Source: Leptolyngbyaceae cyanobacterium
Lineage (GTDB): Bacteria; Cyanobacteriota; Cyanobacteriia; Phormidesmidales; Phormidesmidaceae
DNA: 64,000 bases
Direction of reading: 5' to 3'
NCBI GenBank assembly: GCA_965263355.1
Contig: CBDHHL010000032.1
Coordinates: 1,984,001-2,048,000 of the forward strand
This document shows positions 41,780-52,400 of this stretch, piece by piece; positions within the stretch are counted from its first letter, which is position 1, and each line of letters starts with the position of its first letter. Position numbers and translations under genes: made by a program. The notes beneath the pieces are model-generated. The model made no database searches. It was not told the origin of the DNA and saw only the letters and a list, made by a program, of their open reading frames with translations.

Positions 41780-44694
41780 CTAATCGCTACATCAATTGGA
41801 ATTGAAAGTAAGGCATGGATCAAGTCAAGATACTGCTGGCCCAGCTTTTGAATGGTATGGGCATGGTGGAAGTTTTGTGAATATTCAATTTCTAGCTGCA
41901 GGGTACCTTCAGAAATTGAAAAGAAGAATTCTAGGAGCGTGGTTCGTTTTTGCTCAGGCAGGGCTAAACGGCGATCGCGTTCGGCTTGATTAAATTCAAA
42001 GGTGTCAGAATCTGGTAACGAACGATTGCCTAGATAGTTAGCTCTGATGGGGGTGAGTTTTTCATCAGGGTAGAGATGGGTCGGCAGTCGATCGGCAATC
42101 CAGTCGTAGGTGATGCCGTTCATGGGGAGTTCTGTAAACTGTTGCCCAATTTTTTCGACCAGGGTCTGCCAACTGTCGGTCGAGCTAATATTTAAGCCAA
42201 GTGGGACGTTTACGGCAAAATTTCCAAAGCTTTGCCAGAATACTTGATTATCTCCCAGGTCTCGACCGTGGCTGCGGTGGCTAATTACAACCCATTCTGT
42301 TTGAGCCCAGTTAGCCATCAGTTTATATAAGGGTGCCAGTAGTAGCGAGTAAACGTTACCTTGAAAACGTTGTTTAGCATCTCGCAACAGGGTTTCGGTG
42401 GTTGCTGATGACAGCTGAAATAGTTCACTGGCTGCCGAGCCTTCAATATTACTGTCTCTTGGGAGCTGATCGTAGGGAAACTTAAAGCTTTGAGCTGCTG
42501 TCGGGAATTGATTTTTCCAATAGTCTAAGTGACTGGCTAGTTGACCCTGTTGATCAGCGGCTTGTAGCTGCTGAAGATAGCTAAGATAGGTTGTCTCCAC
42601 ATCGGTCTGGGGAGATGGCCCATGGTTGAGTTGTTCATAGGTGGCCCAAAGGTCCTGGAACAAGACATTGCCTGCTAGTAAATCAGCGATCATATGGTGG
42701 GCAACCATGACAATGTCGTAGCAGGTTTCGTGCACTTTCATCACCAGCAGGTTAAATAGTGGCCACTGGTCTAAGCGTAAACGCTCTATAGCCTGTTGAA
42801 TTTTGAATTCAATGTAGCGATCGCATTGTTCTGGCGCAAAACAGCTACCGTCGCTAAAGGTGATGTTGACATCGGCAGGTGGGGGCAGAACCTTTTGTTG
42901 CCATTGCTCATTTGTTTGGGTAAACACCGTGCGCAGGGCCGGATGACGAACAACCACCTGTTTAAAGGCCTGGGTAAACTGGGCTGCATCCAGTGCCCTT
43001 TGGTAACGAAACCGAGTATAGCCTGCCCATTGATAGGGCGGTTCAAAATAATTGACTATCCAGCGCTGGGCTGGGGCCAGAGGAAAGCTATCAATGTTGT
43101 TATCGGCTGATGGGGTTGACGGCTGAGCCTGGATCGCCAGCAAGGCCTTACGATCCAATTTACCATTGTGATTTTTGGGCAGACTGGGAAGCCACTCAAT
43201 CCGCTGAGGCACCATATAATGAGGCAGCTTTTGGGCGACAAACGCTTTAATTTCTCTCACCGATGTGGTTTGACCGGCCAACCAGGCCACCAGTCGTTTT
43301 TTGCCTTCCTCATAATCCACCGCCAACACCGCCGATTCATTGACAGATGGGTGTTGGGTTAACACATTTTCAATTTCCCCCAGCTCTACCCGAAACCCGC
43401 GAATTTTGACCTGGTGATCAATCCGACCATGGTACTCAAACGTACCATCGGGACGTTCTTTAGCTAAATCTCCAGAACGGTAGAGAGTGTCCCCAGGAAT
43501 GTCGTCAAAGGGATTGGGTTGGAAGGTTTTGGCAGTCTTCTCAGGATTTTTAAGATAGCCCTTGGCCAGCTGCACACCCCCGATCCAAAGTTCTCCCATT
43601 TCACCCTGGGGAACGGGGCGTTTCTCAGCATCCAGAATGCGGATATAAACATTGTCGATGGCCTTGCCAATGGGGATACTCCCCTCAGGACGGGATTCGA
43701 TTAGATGGGCGGTAACATCAATGGAGGCTTCCGTGGGACCGTATAAATTGGCCAACCCGGTGGCCATGCCATGCTGATCAATCCATTGTTGGATAAAGGC
43801 AGCAGGTAAGGCTTCACCACTAAAAATCAACCAGCGCAGATCGGGAAAATCCCAGGACTCATTGACCAGAGCATTGATAAATTCGCCAAACAGGGAGGGA
43901 ACAAAGTGCATCACCTGGATGCGAGTGGTCTTCATCCATTGGGCAAACTCCCAGGGGTTGAGCACAATTTCTCGCTTAACTGGGCAAATGGTGGCCCCTT
44001 CCATCAATGTCCAAAACAGTTCCCAGACAGAAATGTCAAAACAGAAGGAGGTTTTTTGGGCCACTCGATCGCCGGGGCGGAGCTGGAAGGCTTTTTGCAT
44101 CCATTCAAGACGATTCATATAGCCCTGGTGGTTCAGCATTACCCCTTTGGGACGCCCCGTTGACCCCGATGTGTAGAGAACGGTCATCAGATCGTCTGGA
44201 TCTTGGTCGACCAATGGAGCTGTGGTGGCAGCGATGGACCAGGTGTCTGGAAGAATTTGCTCAATCGCTTGGGGAAGTTCAATCGGGGCTCCGTTATCTA
44301 ACAACACCATGGCACGTAGCTGCAGTGGTTCTGCTAAACAGGTGGTTAAGGTATCAGCAACGCCATGTTCACTCAACAACAGTTGAATTTCGGCATGGTC
44401 AAGAATATAGCGGATGCGATCAGCGGGATAGGCCGGATCTAAGGGAACGTAGGCTCCACCTGCTTTAAGAATACCGAGAATGGCAATTACCATTAGGGGG
44501 CCCCGCTGGGTGATCACCCCCACCCGGCTGTTGCGGCCCACCCCCTGGGTGCGCAAATAGTTGGCCACCTGGTTAGAACGGCGGTCGAGCTGGGCGTAGG
44601 TCAACGGCTGATCGGCTTGGAGGACAGCGATCTCATCTGGCGTTTGATGGGCCTGGGCAACAATCTTAAGGTAGGGAATTTCCAGTTTTGACAT
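41764..44694 (-). CDS. NRPS-like A-C didomain with no carrier domain; Ser-type adenylation domain
   Basis: A motifs YTSGSTGRPKG, FDISVWE, SGE, NLYGPTE, YRSGD, QVKIRGFRVELGEIE, NGKLDR. Followed within about 20 aa by a C domain (FPLAPAQ, RHPALRT, HHMIAD). Hand-extracted code DIWHISLIDK. Confidence 0.92.
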   Translation of the reverse strand: MSKLEIPYLKIVAQAHQTPDEIAVLQADQPLTYAQLDRRSNQVANYLRTQGVGRNSRVGVITQRGPLMVIAILGILKAGGAYVPLDPAYPADRIRYILDHAEIQLLLSEHGVADTLTTCLAEPLQLRAMVLLDNGAPIELPQAIEQILPDTWSIAATTAPLVDQDPDDLMTVLYTSGSTGRPKGVMLNHQGYMNRLEWMQKAFQLRPGDRVAQKTSFCFDISVWELFWTLMEGATICPVKREIVLNPWEFAQWMKTTRIQVMHFVPSLFGEFINALVNESWDFPDLRWLIFSGEALPAAFIQQWIDQHGMATGLANLYGPTEASIDVTAHLIESRPEGSIPIGKAIDNVYIRILDAEKRPVPQGEMGELWIGGVQLAKGYLKNPEKTAKTFQPNPFDDIPGDTLYRSGDLAKERPDGTFEYHGRIDHQVKIRGFRVELGEIENVLTQHPSVNESAVLAVDYEEGKKRLVAWLAGQTTSVREIKAFVAQKLPHYMVPQRIEWLPSLPKNHNGKLDRKALLAIQAQPSTPSADNNIDSFPLAPAQRWIVNYFEPPYQWAGYTRFRYQRALDAAQFTQAFKQVVVRHPALRTVFTQTNEQWQQKVLPPPADVNITFSDGSCFAPEQCDRYIEFKIQQAIERLRLDQWPLFNLLVMKVHETCYDIVMVAHHMIADLLAGNVLFQDLWATYEQLNHGPSPQTDVETTYLSYLQQLQAADQQGQLASHLDYWKNQFPTAAQSFKFPYDQLPRDSNIEGSAASELFQLSSATTETLLRDAKQRFQGNVYSLLLAPLYKLMANWAQTEWVVISHRSHGRDLGDNQVFWQSFGNFAVNVPLGLNISSTDSWQTLVEKIGQQFTELPMNGITYDWIADRLPTHLYPDEKLTPIRANYLGNRSLPDSDTFEFNQAERDRRLALPEQKRTTLLEFFFSISEGTLQLEIEYSQNFHHAHTIQKLGQQYLDLIHALLSIPIDVAISHTKS

Positions 44695-44770
44695 CGGTTT
44701 TTATTTCCTTAATCTCTATTTTCTAAAAACAGCAGCAAACAAAGTCTGGGGAGTACATTGCAACCTAGGG

Positions 44771-47700
44771 TTAACCCATGACAAAGGTTGTTATTTGTAA
44801 GGTTTGTCCCATCTCGTGCAGACTGCGACAGCTTAGTAAAGCTTTGCGATCGACCGTTCCCCACTGTTTTTCTAACTGGGTAACAATGCGAATGCGTTCT
44901 AGAGAATCAAACCCAAGGTCGGCCTCAAGATCGAGGGTCATATCCTGGGGACTGATGGGCATATGACACACTGCGGTGGCCACCTGTTGCAACAGGGTTA
45001 AGATTTTCTCATCTACTGGTAAGGTTGTTGCGGTCTCTGGTTTTGCTGCGGGTGGACTGGTTTCAGCCAAGGCTTTAAGTTCAGCTTGATAGGCCTGCAT
45101 CAGCTGATCAATGGCTCCACCACTAAAGAAACTCCGGTCGTAGCTCACAAATAGATGTAGCTGATCATCAAAAATCTCTTGCAGAATGTCGAGAATGCCT
45201 GCCGCGTTAATGCCGCCAGCCTGATAGTCAATCACGCTCAGGTTACCGTACTGGCCTTGCAGTCGAGTATGACCGGTGTAGGGAAGATATACATTGGCCT
45301 TAATCGCTTCATGGAAGAGAGAAAGACTATAGTCAGGCACTCGACCCTCTTCCAGGGGCACATGATCCTTGAACGTGAGACCCATTTTTTCAGTTTGGGC
45401 CCGGTCAATACCGCTGGTTAAGGCCGTCTGAATGGTTTCATGGGTGCGCAACAGCAGTTGTTGCCAACTCTCCTGGGGGTGAACCCGGGCAAAACTAAGG
45501 GCCAGGTTTTGAGCAAAGCTACTCACCTGATGGGAGGCATCCACCTGGGGATAAATCCGTCCACTGGTGGGCATTTGCAAAATCATCTGGGCGCTTTCGC
45601 GATCGCACTGACTTAGTGCCCGTAAAAAAGCCCCAATCAACAACGAGTTCAACGGCAGCCGCCATTCACGGGTACGGGCAATCAATTGGGTGGTGATGCG
45701 CCGCTCTAGATGGTAGGGCTGGCTTTGATACTGGGGGATGGCAAAGCAAAACGGCTGAGCGTTTGGGTTCCAATAGTAGGTGGCTTGCCCCTGCCGCTCA
45801 ATGTAATCCTCTAGAGCCTGTTCCGCCTGGGGATCCACCTTGGCATTCATGGCGGTAACGGTGGCAGCATAGTCAGTCAGGCTGGTAGCCGGGGGCAAAT
45901 CGGGGGGTTCACCCAGGCTGCGGGCGCGATAGATTTCTAAAAATTCATGGAGAATGATGTGATTGCCCAACCCATCTGAAATCAGATGCTCGTTACCTAA
46001 AAACAGCTGATAGACAGATTCTTGCAGCTGCATGACAGAAAATTGATGGAGTGGCCACTGGGTCAAGGGCCAAGCATGGTTAAGCCAACGCTGGCGTTCG
46101 GCAGCAAGGGCACTGGCCTGGGTCTTGGGAGTCAGCTGCCGCAAATCGGTATAGCCAATCTTAGGTAGCTGGGGTTGCTTAAGCACCTCCAGGCGATAGT
46201 CATGAAAACGCTCGGCCTGGGCTGGAACCCGAAAACGCGATCGCAGCATCGGATGGCGCTCAATCAAATCTTGCCAGCTTTGCTGGGCAATATCTAAATC
46301 GAACGGTCCTGCCAGCCGCACGGTGGCAAAGAGACTGTTGCCATTAACTAACCCATGGCCAATTAGGTGAAAATATTGACCGTGTAAAAGCTCGATAGTC
46401 TGGGCATCGCTGTCTTTTGCTGACTCTAATGCTGTTGATGATGTGTCAACCTTAGGCGCAGTATCGGTGTCGGTGCCAGACGCTTGCCAGGGTGCCAACA
46501 GATCGATCACTGCCTGCAAATGGGGGAGCTGTAGTAAATCCCGGAGGGAAACTTGTTTTTGAAAATCGGCTTGGGCGGTTTTGGGAATCAGCTTAAACAG
46601 ACCATTCATTAATTGGGTCAACATAATTGAATCAAGACCCAACTCCCCTTCTAAAGTCTGAGTTAACCCAATCCGCTGTTGGGGTAGCCCAGTGATGTCC
46701 GCTGTCAGGGTTAATACCCGCTGTTCCAGACTGACGGATGTATCTTTTGCAGGTAAGGCCGATAACTCTGCTTGAACCGCTACTTGGGTAGGCAATTCGT
46801 CAGGTAAATCCACCCAATAGCGCTGACGCTGAAACGGATAGGTGGGAAGTGCTCGACGCTGCCGTGGGTAGTCATGGTCAAATGCTTTCCAATCGATATC
46901 CAGACCTTGGCTGTTGAGCATTGCCAAACTGTTTAGCAGCACGGACCAATCGGACTGACCGTTGCGTAAGGATGGTAGTGCCCGGTTTCCATCGGTCCTT
47001 ATCCGGTTGATTAACTTGTTGTCAGGGCCAATTTCAATATAGAGCTGACAGCCTTGGTTCTGGAGTGTGGCCAGGGCGGTTTCAAAGACATCAGTCGCCT
47101 GAACCTGTTGTTGCCAATAGCGTCCCTGAGCCAGGTCAACAGCGCTAGCGATTTGTCCCGTAACACTGGATATCAGCTGAAACTGCAGGCCCTGGTAGGT
47201 AAGGTTGGAGGCACGTTGCCCAAAGGCATTTAACAAGGTTTGACGGGACTCAGCATTGCCAGACTCCTCCCACTGGTGCATTAGCTGAGCACGTTCTACC
47301 ACTAACTTGAGAGCATCATCCAGGCTCAAGAGTCCAGCCGCACAGGCTGCAGCATATTCTCCCACCCCTTGGCCAAAGACATAGTCGGGGCGTACACCCC
47401 AAGCTTGCCAAAGCTGATAAAGGGCATATTCAATGGCAAACACCGCTGGCTGAGCATAGGCAGGCTGGTTAATTAACTGTTCCTGGGCGATAGAGGACGG
47501 ATAAAGAACATTCAGCAGGGATTGGGCAAAATGAGATCGCAACCCTGCTTCACAGGCTAATAGGGCCTGGCGGAATGTAGGCTGTGCTTCATAAAGCTGA
47601 CGACCCATATGAGCATAGGCTGCAGCGTCACCGGTAAACAGAAATGCCACATGGGTGTTTTGAGCCTTGCCCGTGTAAACCCCTGACCCTAGCTGGCCAT

Positions 47701-49357
47701 TGCTAAAGTCGGCTAGCTGTTGGCTCAATTGTTCTGACGAAGCGGCCACTGCACACAGGCGATGGTCAAAACGGGCACGGGTGGTATTGGCACTAAAACA
47801 AAGGTCTGCCAGGGGCATCTCCGGCTGGGTCAGCAACTGTACCTCATAGCGACTGGCTAGCTGTCGTAGGGCGGTCTCGCTGCGGGCAGAAAGGGTCAAT
47901 AGGTGCAATGGGCGATCGACCTCAGCCACGGGTGTCGTCGGTTGGAACGGGGCTTCTTCGACCACGATATGGGCATTGGTCCCACTGACCCCAAATCCAC
48001 TCAGCCCTGCCCGACGAGGCTGCTCAGCTCTGGGCCAGGGAGTCAGCTGGGTGGGCACCTGAATCGGTAATTGCGTCCAGGGAATATGGGGATTGGGATT
48101 GTTGAAATGTAGATGGGGAGGAATTGCCTGGTTTTGCAGGGAAAGTACCAGCTTGATCAAACCTGCTACACCCGCTGCCGATTCCAAATGGCCCACATTG
48201 GTCTTTGCTGCACCCACCAGCAAGGGCTGATCCCGAGAACGGGTCTTACATAGCTCAGCCGCAAGCGCCTCGATCTCAATCGGATCTCCCAGGGACGTGC
48301 CAGTGCCGTGGGCCTCTACATAGCTGATGTCTTCAGGGCTGACCCCACCATTGGCCAGGGCCTGACGAATGACCGCCCTCTGGGCCGGACCATTGGGCAC
48401 CGTGAGACCACTACTGGGGCCATCTTGATTAACGGCAGAACCGCGAATCACAGCCAAAATTGGATCCCCCTGGGCAATCGCATCGCTCAGCCGTTTGAGT
48501 ACCACCAGACCGCACCCTTCTCCTCGGGCAAACCCATCGGCGGCTTGATCAAAGGTCTTACAACGGCCATCCTGGGCAAGCATTCTAGCTCGACTAGCGG
48601 CCACAAACCCATCTGGAGATAAGGCTAAATTTACTCCACCGGCCAGGGCTAAATCGCACTCTCGCTGCCGCAGACTTTGACAGGCCAGATGTACGGTTAC
48701 CAAGGATGATGAACAGGCCGTATCGACGGCCATACTGGGTCCCTGTAGCCCCAGGGTGTAGGACAGACGCCCCGCCGCCGCATTGAGATGGTTACCGGTA
48801 ATGCTGTAGGCATCAATGGCCGTGCGATCGGCAGCCCGTGTCTGCATTTGTAGATAGTCGTTAATGGTGACCCCCACAAAGACGCCACCGCGACTGCCTC
48901 TGAGCATCTCTGGTTGTAGGCCAGCATGCTCGATGGCCTCCCAGGCAACTTCCAGCAGTAGCCGCTGTTGCGGATCTAGATGAATAGCCTCCCGAGGGGG
49001 AAGGCCAAAAAACGCTGGATCAAACTGGTCAACATTGCGCAGAAATCCCCCCCTAGACACATACATCTTGCCGGGTTGATCCGGGTCTTCCCCATAGAGC
49101 TGGTCGAGATCCCACCCCCGCTCAGCGGGCACTGTCGTAGTGGCATCAATACCATTGGCCAGCAGCGACCAAAACATCTCTGGACTATTAACATTTCCCG
49201 GCAATCGACAGCCCATTCCGACAACGGCCAATGGTTCTGTCTGTCTACTCTCTAAGGATGCAAGCTTAGCTCGCATCTCTCGCATGGCTAACAGCGCAGT
49301 CTTTAAACGATCTTTTTGATCATTGGGTTGGGCACTGGAGGGGGAAGCGGTATTCAT
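44771..49357 (-). CDS. PKS/NRPS hybrid: KS-AT(inactive)-ACP-C-ACP
   Basis: KS DTACSSS/EAHGTG/NVGHLE; AT site GQGVG; carriers GELGLDSIM and EADLGFDSLE; C domain RHPMLRS, NEHLISDG. Likely start MNTAS at 49357. Confidence 0.9.
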   Translation of the reverse strand: MNTASPSSAQPNDQKDRLKTALLAMREMRAKLASLESRQTEPLAVVGMGCRLPGNVNSPEMFWSLLANGIDATTTVPAERGWDLDQLYGEDPDQPGKMYVSRGGFLRNVDQFDPAFFGLPPREAIHLDPQQRLLLEVAWEAIEHAGLQPEMLRGSRGGVFVGVTINDYLQMQTRAADRTAIDAYSITGNHLNAAAGRLSYTLGLQGPSMAVDTACSSSLVTVHLACQSLRQRECDLALAGGVNLALSPDGFVAASRARMLAQDGRCKTFDQAADGFARGEGCGLVVLKRLSDAIAQGDPILAVIRGSAVNQDGPSSGLTVPNGPAQRAVIRQALANGGVSPEDISYVEAHGTGTSLGDPIEIEALAAELCKTRSRDQPLLVGAAKTNVGHLESAAGVAGLIKLVLSLQNQAIPPHLHFNNPNPHIPWTQLPIQVPTQLTPWPRAEQPRRAGLSGFGVSGTNAHIVVEEAPFQPTTPVAEVDRPLHLLTLSARSETALRQLASRYEVQLLTQPEMPLADLCFSANTTRARFDHRLCAVAASSEQLSQQLADFSNGQLGSGVYTGKAQNTHVAFLFTGDAAAYAHMGRQLYEAQPTFRQALLACEAGLRSHFAQSLLNVLYPSSIAQEQLINQPAYAQPAVFAIEYALYQLWQAWGVRPDYVFGQGVGEYAAACAAGLLSLDDALKLVVERAQLMHQWEESGNAESRQTLLNAFGQRASNLTYQGLQFQLISSVTGQIASAVDLAQGRYWQQQVQATDVFETALATLQNQGCQLYIEIGPDNKLINRIRTDGNRALPSLRNGQSDWSVLLNSLAMLNSQGLDIDWKAFDHDYPRQRRALPTYPFQRQRYWVDLPDELPTQVAVQAELSALPAKDTSVSLEQRVLTLTADITGLPQQRIGLTQTLEGELGLDSIMLTQLMNGLFKLIPKTAQADFQKQVSLRDLLQLPHLQAVIDLLAPWQASGTDTDTAPKVDTSSTALESAKDSDAQTIELLHGQYFHLIGHGLVNGNSLFATVRLAGPFDLDIAQQSWQDLIERHPMLRSRFRVPAQAERFHDYRLEVLKQPQLPKIGYTDLRQLTPKTQASALAAERQRWLNHAWPLTQWPLHQFSVMQLQESVYQLFLGNEHLISDGLGNHIILHEFLEIYRARSLGEPPDLPPATSLTDYAATVTAMNAKVDPQAEQALEDYIERQGQATYYWNPNAQPFCFAIPQYQSQPYHLERRITTQLIARTREWRLPLNSLLIGAFLRALSQCDRESAQMILQMPTSGRIYPQVDASHQVSSFAQNLALSFARVHPQESWQQLLLRTHETIQTALTSGIDRAQTEKMGLTFKDHVPLEEGRVPDYSLSLFHEAIKANVYLPYTGHTRLQGQYGNLSVIDYQAGGINAAGILDILQEIFDDQLHLFVSYDRSFFSGGAIDQLMQAYQAELKALAETSPPAAKPETATTLPVDEKILTLLQQVATAVCHMPISPQDMTLDLEADLGFDSLERIRIVTQLEKQWGTVDRKALLSCRSLHEMGQTLQITTFVMG

Positions 49358-49432
49358 AGCATTGGCCAAGGAAACGTCAGGTGAACAAAAGCAAGAAAAC
49401 AACGAGGCTAATTTAGAAAGCTACAGCGATGG

Positions 49433-52400
49433 TTATGGATTGCTAAAGGCAGCTAGCTCCTCATCCAAGAGTGCGGCCAATTCATCTTCAGACAGGTTTT
49501 CTAACTCGGTGGCGGTTTCAACAACCGGTTCGACGACGGGCTCGACAACATCAGCCACCGACTCGATTTCAAGGACTTCTCGGGCCAGATAGTCCGCCAG
49601 ACTTTCTATGTCGGGATAGTTAAATGCCAGGGTAGAACTGAGGGTTTTGCCAAACCCTTTCTCTAGCTGTCCCTTGAGGTCAACAGCCATCAATGAATCT
49701 AAACCGAGTTCAGTAAACCCTTGACGAATACCAATGGAGGTTGATGGAGGCAACCGCAGGACATGGGCCACTTCGCCCTTGAGATAATCGATCAAATAGG
49801 CTTTTCGCTGACTGGCTGGGATGTTTTCTAGACCTTGTAAAAAGGCAGAGGGACCGGTTTCAACGGACTCAGTCTCTGCATTAGTCTCTGCATTACCCAG
49901 GTTAGTGAGCAGAGAGCGGGCTCCCTTAATCTCGTAGACTGGTTTAAAGCGAGTCCAATCAACTTGGGCAGCGGTGATTTGAGCCTTTGGCTGAGCCATT
50001 AAGGCTGCCATTAACTCTAACGCCGCTTGAGGTGGCCATGCTTCGATGCCCACCCGCTGTAGCAGTGCTTGGATCTCATCGGAGGCCATTCCCCCTTCGG
50101 CCCAGGGTCCCCAGTTGATACTGACAGCGGGTTGCCCCAGGGCTCGACGATGGTGGGCGATCGCATCTAAAAATGCATTACCAGCAGCATAGTGGGCCTG
50201 ACCAAACGACCCCCAAACCGAGGCAATGGAAGAGAAACATACAAATTGTTCCAGGGGCATTGCCTGGGATAGTTTGTGGAGATTCCAGGTCCCTAACAAC
50301 TTGGGACGCATAATATCCTGCAGCTGTTGACGACTCATATCAGTCAGCGGCTGTTCGGCCACTACCCCAGCGGCATGAAAAATCCCCTTGAGTGTCTGGT
50401 CTGACTGACTCAGCTGTTCAAAGGCAGCTACCATTTGCCCCCAGTCGCTAACATCGGCCTGCAATACGTCTACCTGGGCTCCTTTGGCCTCTAGGGCTTC
50501 GACAGCCTGTACTCGCTTAGCAAGTTTGTTGTTAGCAGTCAAGTTGAGCCATTGGGCTCTGTCCGGCAATGCAGTCCGCCCCAAAAGTTTCAAGTGAGTT
50601 GCCCCTTGATCCACGAGCCAGTGAGCCACTGCCATGCCCAAGCTGCCAAACCCGCCGGTAATTAAGTAACAGCTATTGGCAACGGGTTTAAAGGGCAACG
50701 CATTGGACGGAGTCGTTGGGGTTAGTCGTGCGGTATAAATCTGTCCATGGCGAATGGCTAGATAGTCTTCTCCTGCATCGGATTGGATCAGACGTAGAAG
50801 ACTATCTGCCGAGGACATCAGTAAATCGACGGCAGGATCTAAGTCCACCAAGCCCCCCCATAGGGTAGGGTGCTCCAATGGCAACACTCGACCCAGACCC
50901 CACAGGGGGGATTGGGCCAGGGCTACGGGTTGGTCGGGGGAGAGCGACTGCGCCCCTTGCGTAACCAGCCAGATTTCTGGTGTCACGTCGGTCTGTTGGG
51001 CCAGGGCCTGCACCAGGGGGGGAATGCTACTGGTGCTAAGAACTTGAGCCATTTCTAAATCAGCCCAATCCGCCGCATCTAGGTCTAAGCTCCACAGGTG
51101 AACAACCCCACGACAGGGCTGAGCCGCTAACAGGGATTGGACCTGGGCAGCAAAATTTTCAGTCTCAGCTGGATTAAGCGTGTACTCAATGGATTCAGTC
51201 GAGTCATGGGCATAGATTAATTTGCATGTTGCGCCCTGGGTCCTCAGTTGATGAGCTAGGGCCTGCCCCACCCCCTGACGGTCTGCAAAAATTAGCCAGT
51301 GACCGGTGACTGACTTTGCTTTATCGGTCACTGGCGATGCTGTTTGCCAGAGGATTTCATAGAGGGCATTGTCGAGGCCAATGGCCCGCTTAGACTGGCC
51401 ATTGGCCGCTGAGGAGCCGGTCCAAGCAGGATTGGCCATTTCAACCCAGTAGCGACTGCGCTGGAAGGGATAGGTGGGTAAGCTAACGGGGACTTGTGGA
51501 GTTGTTTCCACCGCTGACCATTTAATGGTAAATCCCTTACACCATAGAGTTCCCAGGCTAGAGAGAAGATGGGGCCAGGGGGCTTGTCCCCGTCGCAGTG
51601 AGGGCAGCCAAGTACCCTGGCCTGAGGCCCAACACTGTCTGCCCATTCCCAGTAAAACTGGATGGGGACCAACTTCTAAAAACAGGTCATAGCCTTGCTG
51701 AGCAAAGGTTTCCATGGCGGTGGCAAAGTTGACGGACTGGCGCACCTGTCGCCGCCAGTAGTCGGGCTGAGTGACCTCATGGGTGACCAATTGCCCGGTC
51801 ACACTGGACACCATGGGGATTTTGGGTGGGTTTAAGGTAATTGCCGCCGCCTGGTGTTGAAACGCCTCCAACATGGGGGTCATTAATGAGGAATGGAAGG
51901 CGTGGGAAACATGCAGCGGATGCACATCGATACCCTGGGCTACAAATTGATCGAGTACCGCTTGCACCGCGTCGCCAACACCTGAAATAACAATATTTTG
52001 GGGACCGTTGATGGCGGCGATCGCAATGTTCTCTTCATAGGCAGCAATTACCTGATGCACCTGCTCCTGAGGGGCAATAATGGCGGCCATCTGTCCCCCA
52101 GCGGGCAAGGCCTGCATCAGGCGACCCCGTTCAACAATGAGCTTGAGGCCATCTTCTAAGCTGTAGACCCCTGCCACATAGGCAGCGACATATTCTCCAA
52201 TGCTGTGGCCCAAGACGATGTCAGGCTTTACGCCCCAGGACCGCCACAGTTTATATAGGGCATACTCAATGGCAAATAGGGCTGGCTGGGTATAGGCGGT
52301 TTGGTTGAGGGGAGAAGACTCGCCTGCAGGGGGATAGATAACAGAAAGAATAGAGTCTCCCTGCAATAGGGGTTGGAGAATGCGATCGCATTGCTCCATG

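Noticed and set aside
49871..49894. 12-nt tandem duplication (NAETNAET); similar short repeats near 49520 (VVEP), 56850 (QxSYG) and 63665 (EITEIT)
   Set aside because: In-frame slippage in linkers or loops; two or three units only, no evidence of function.
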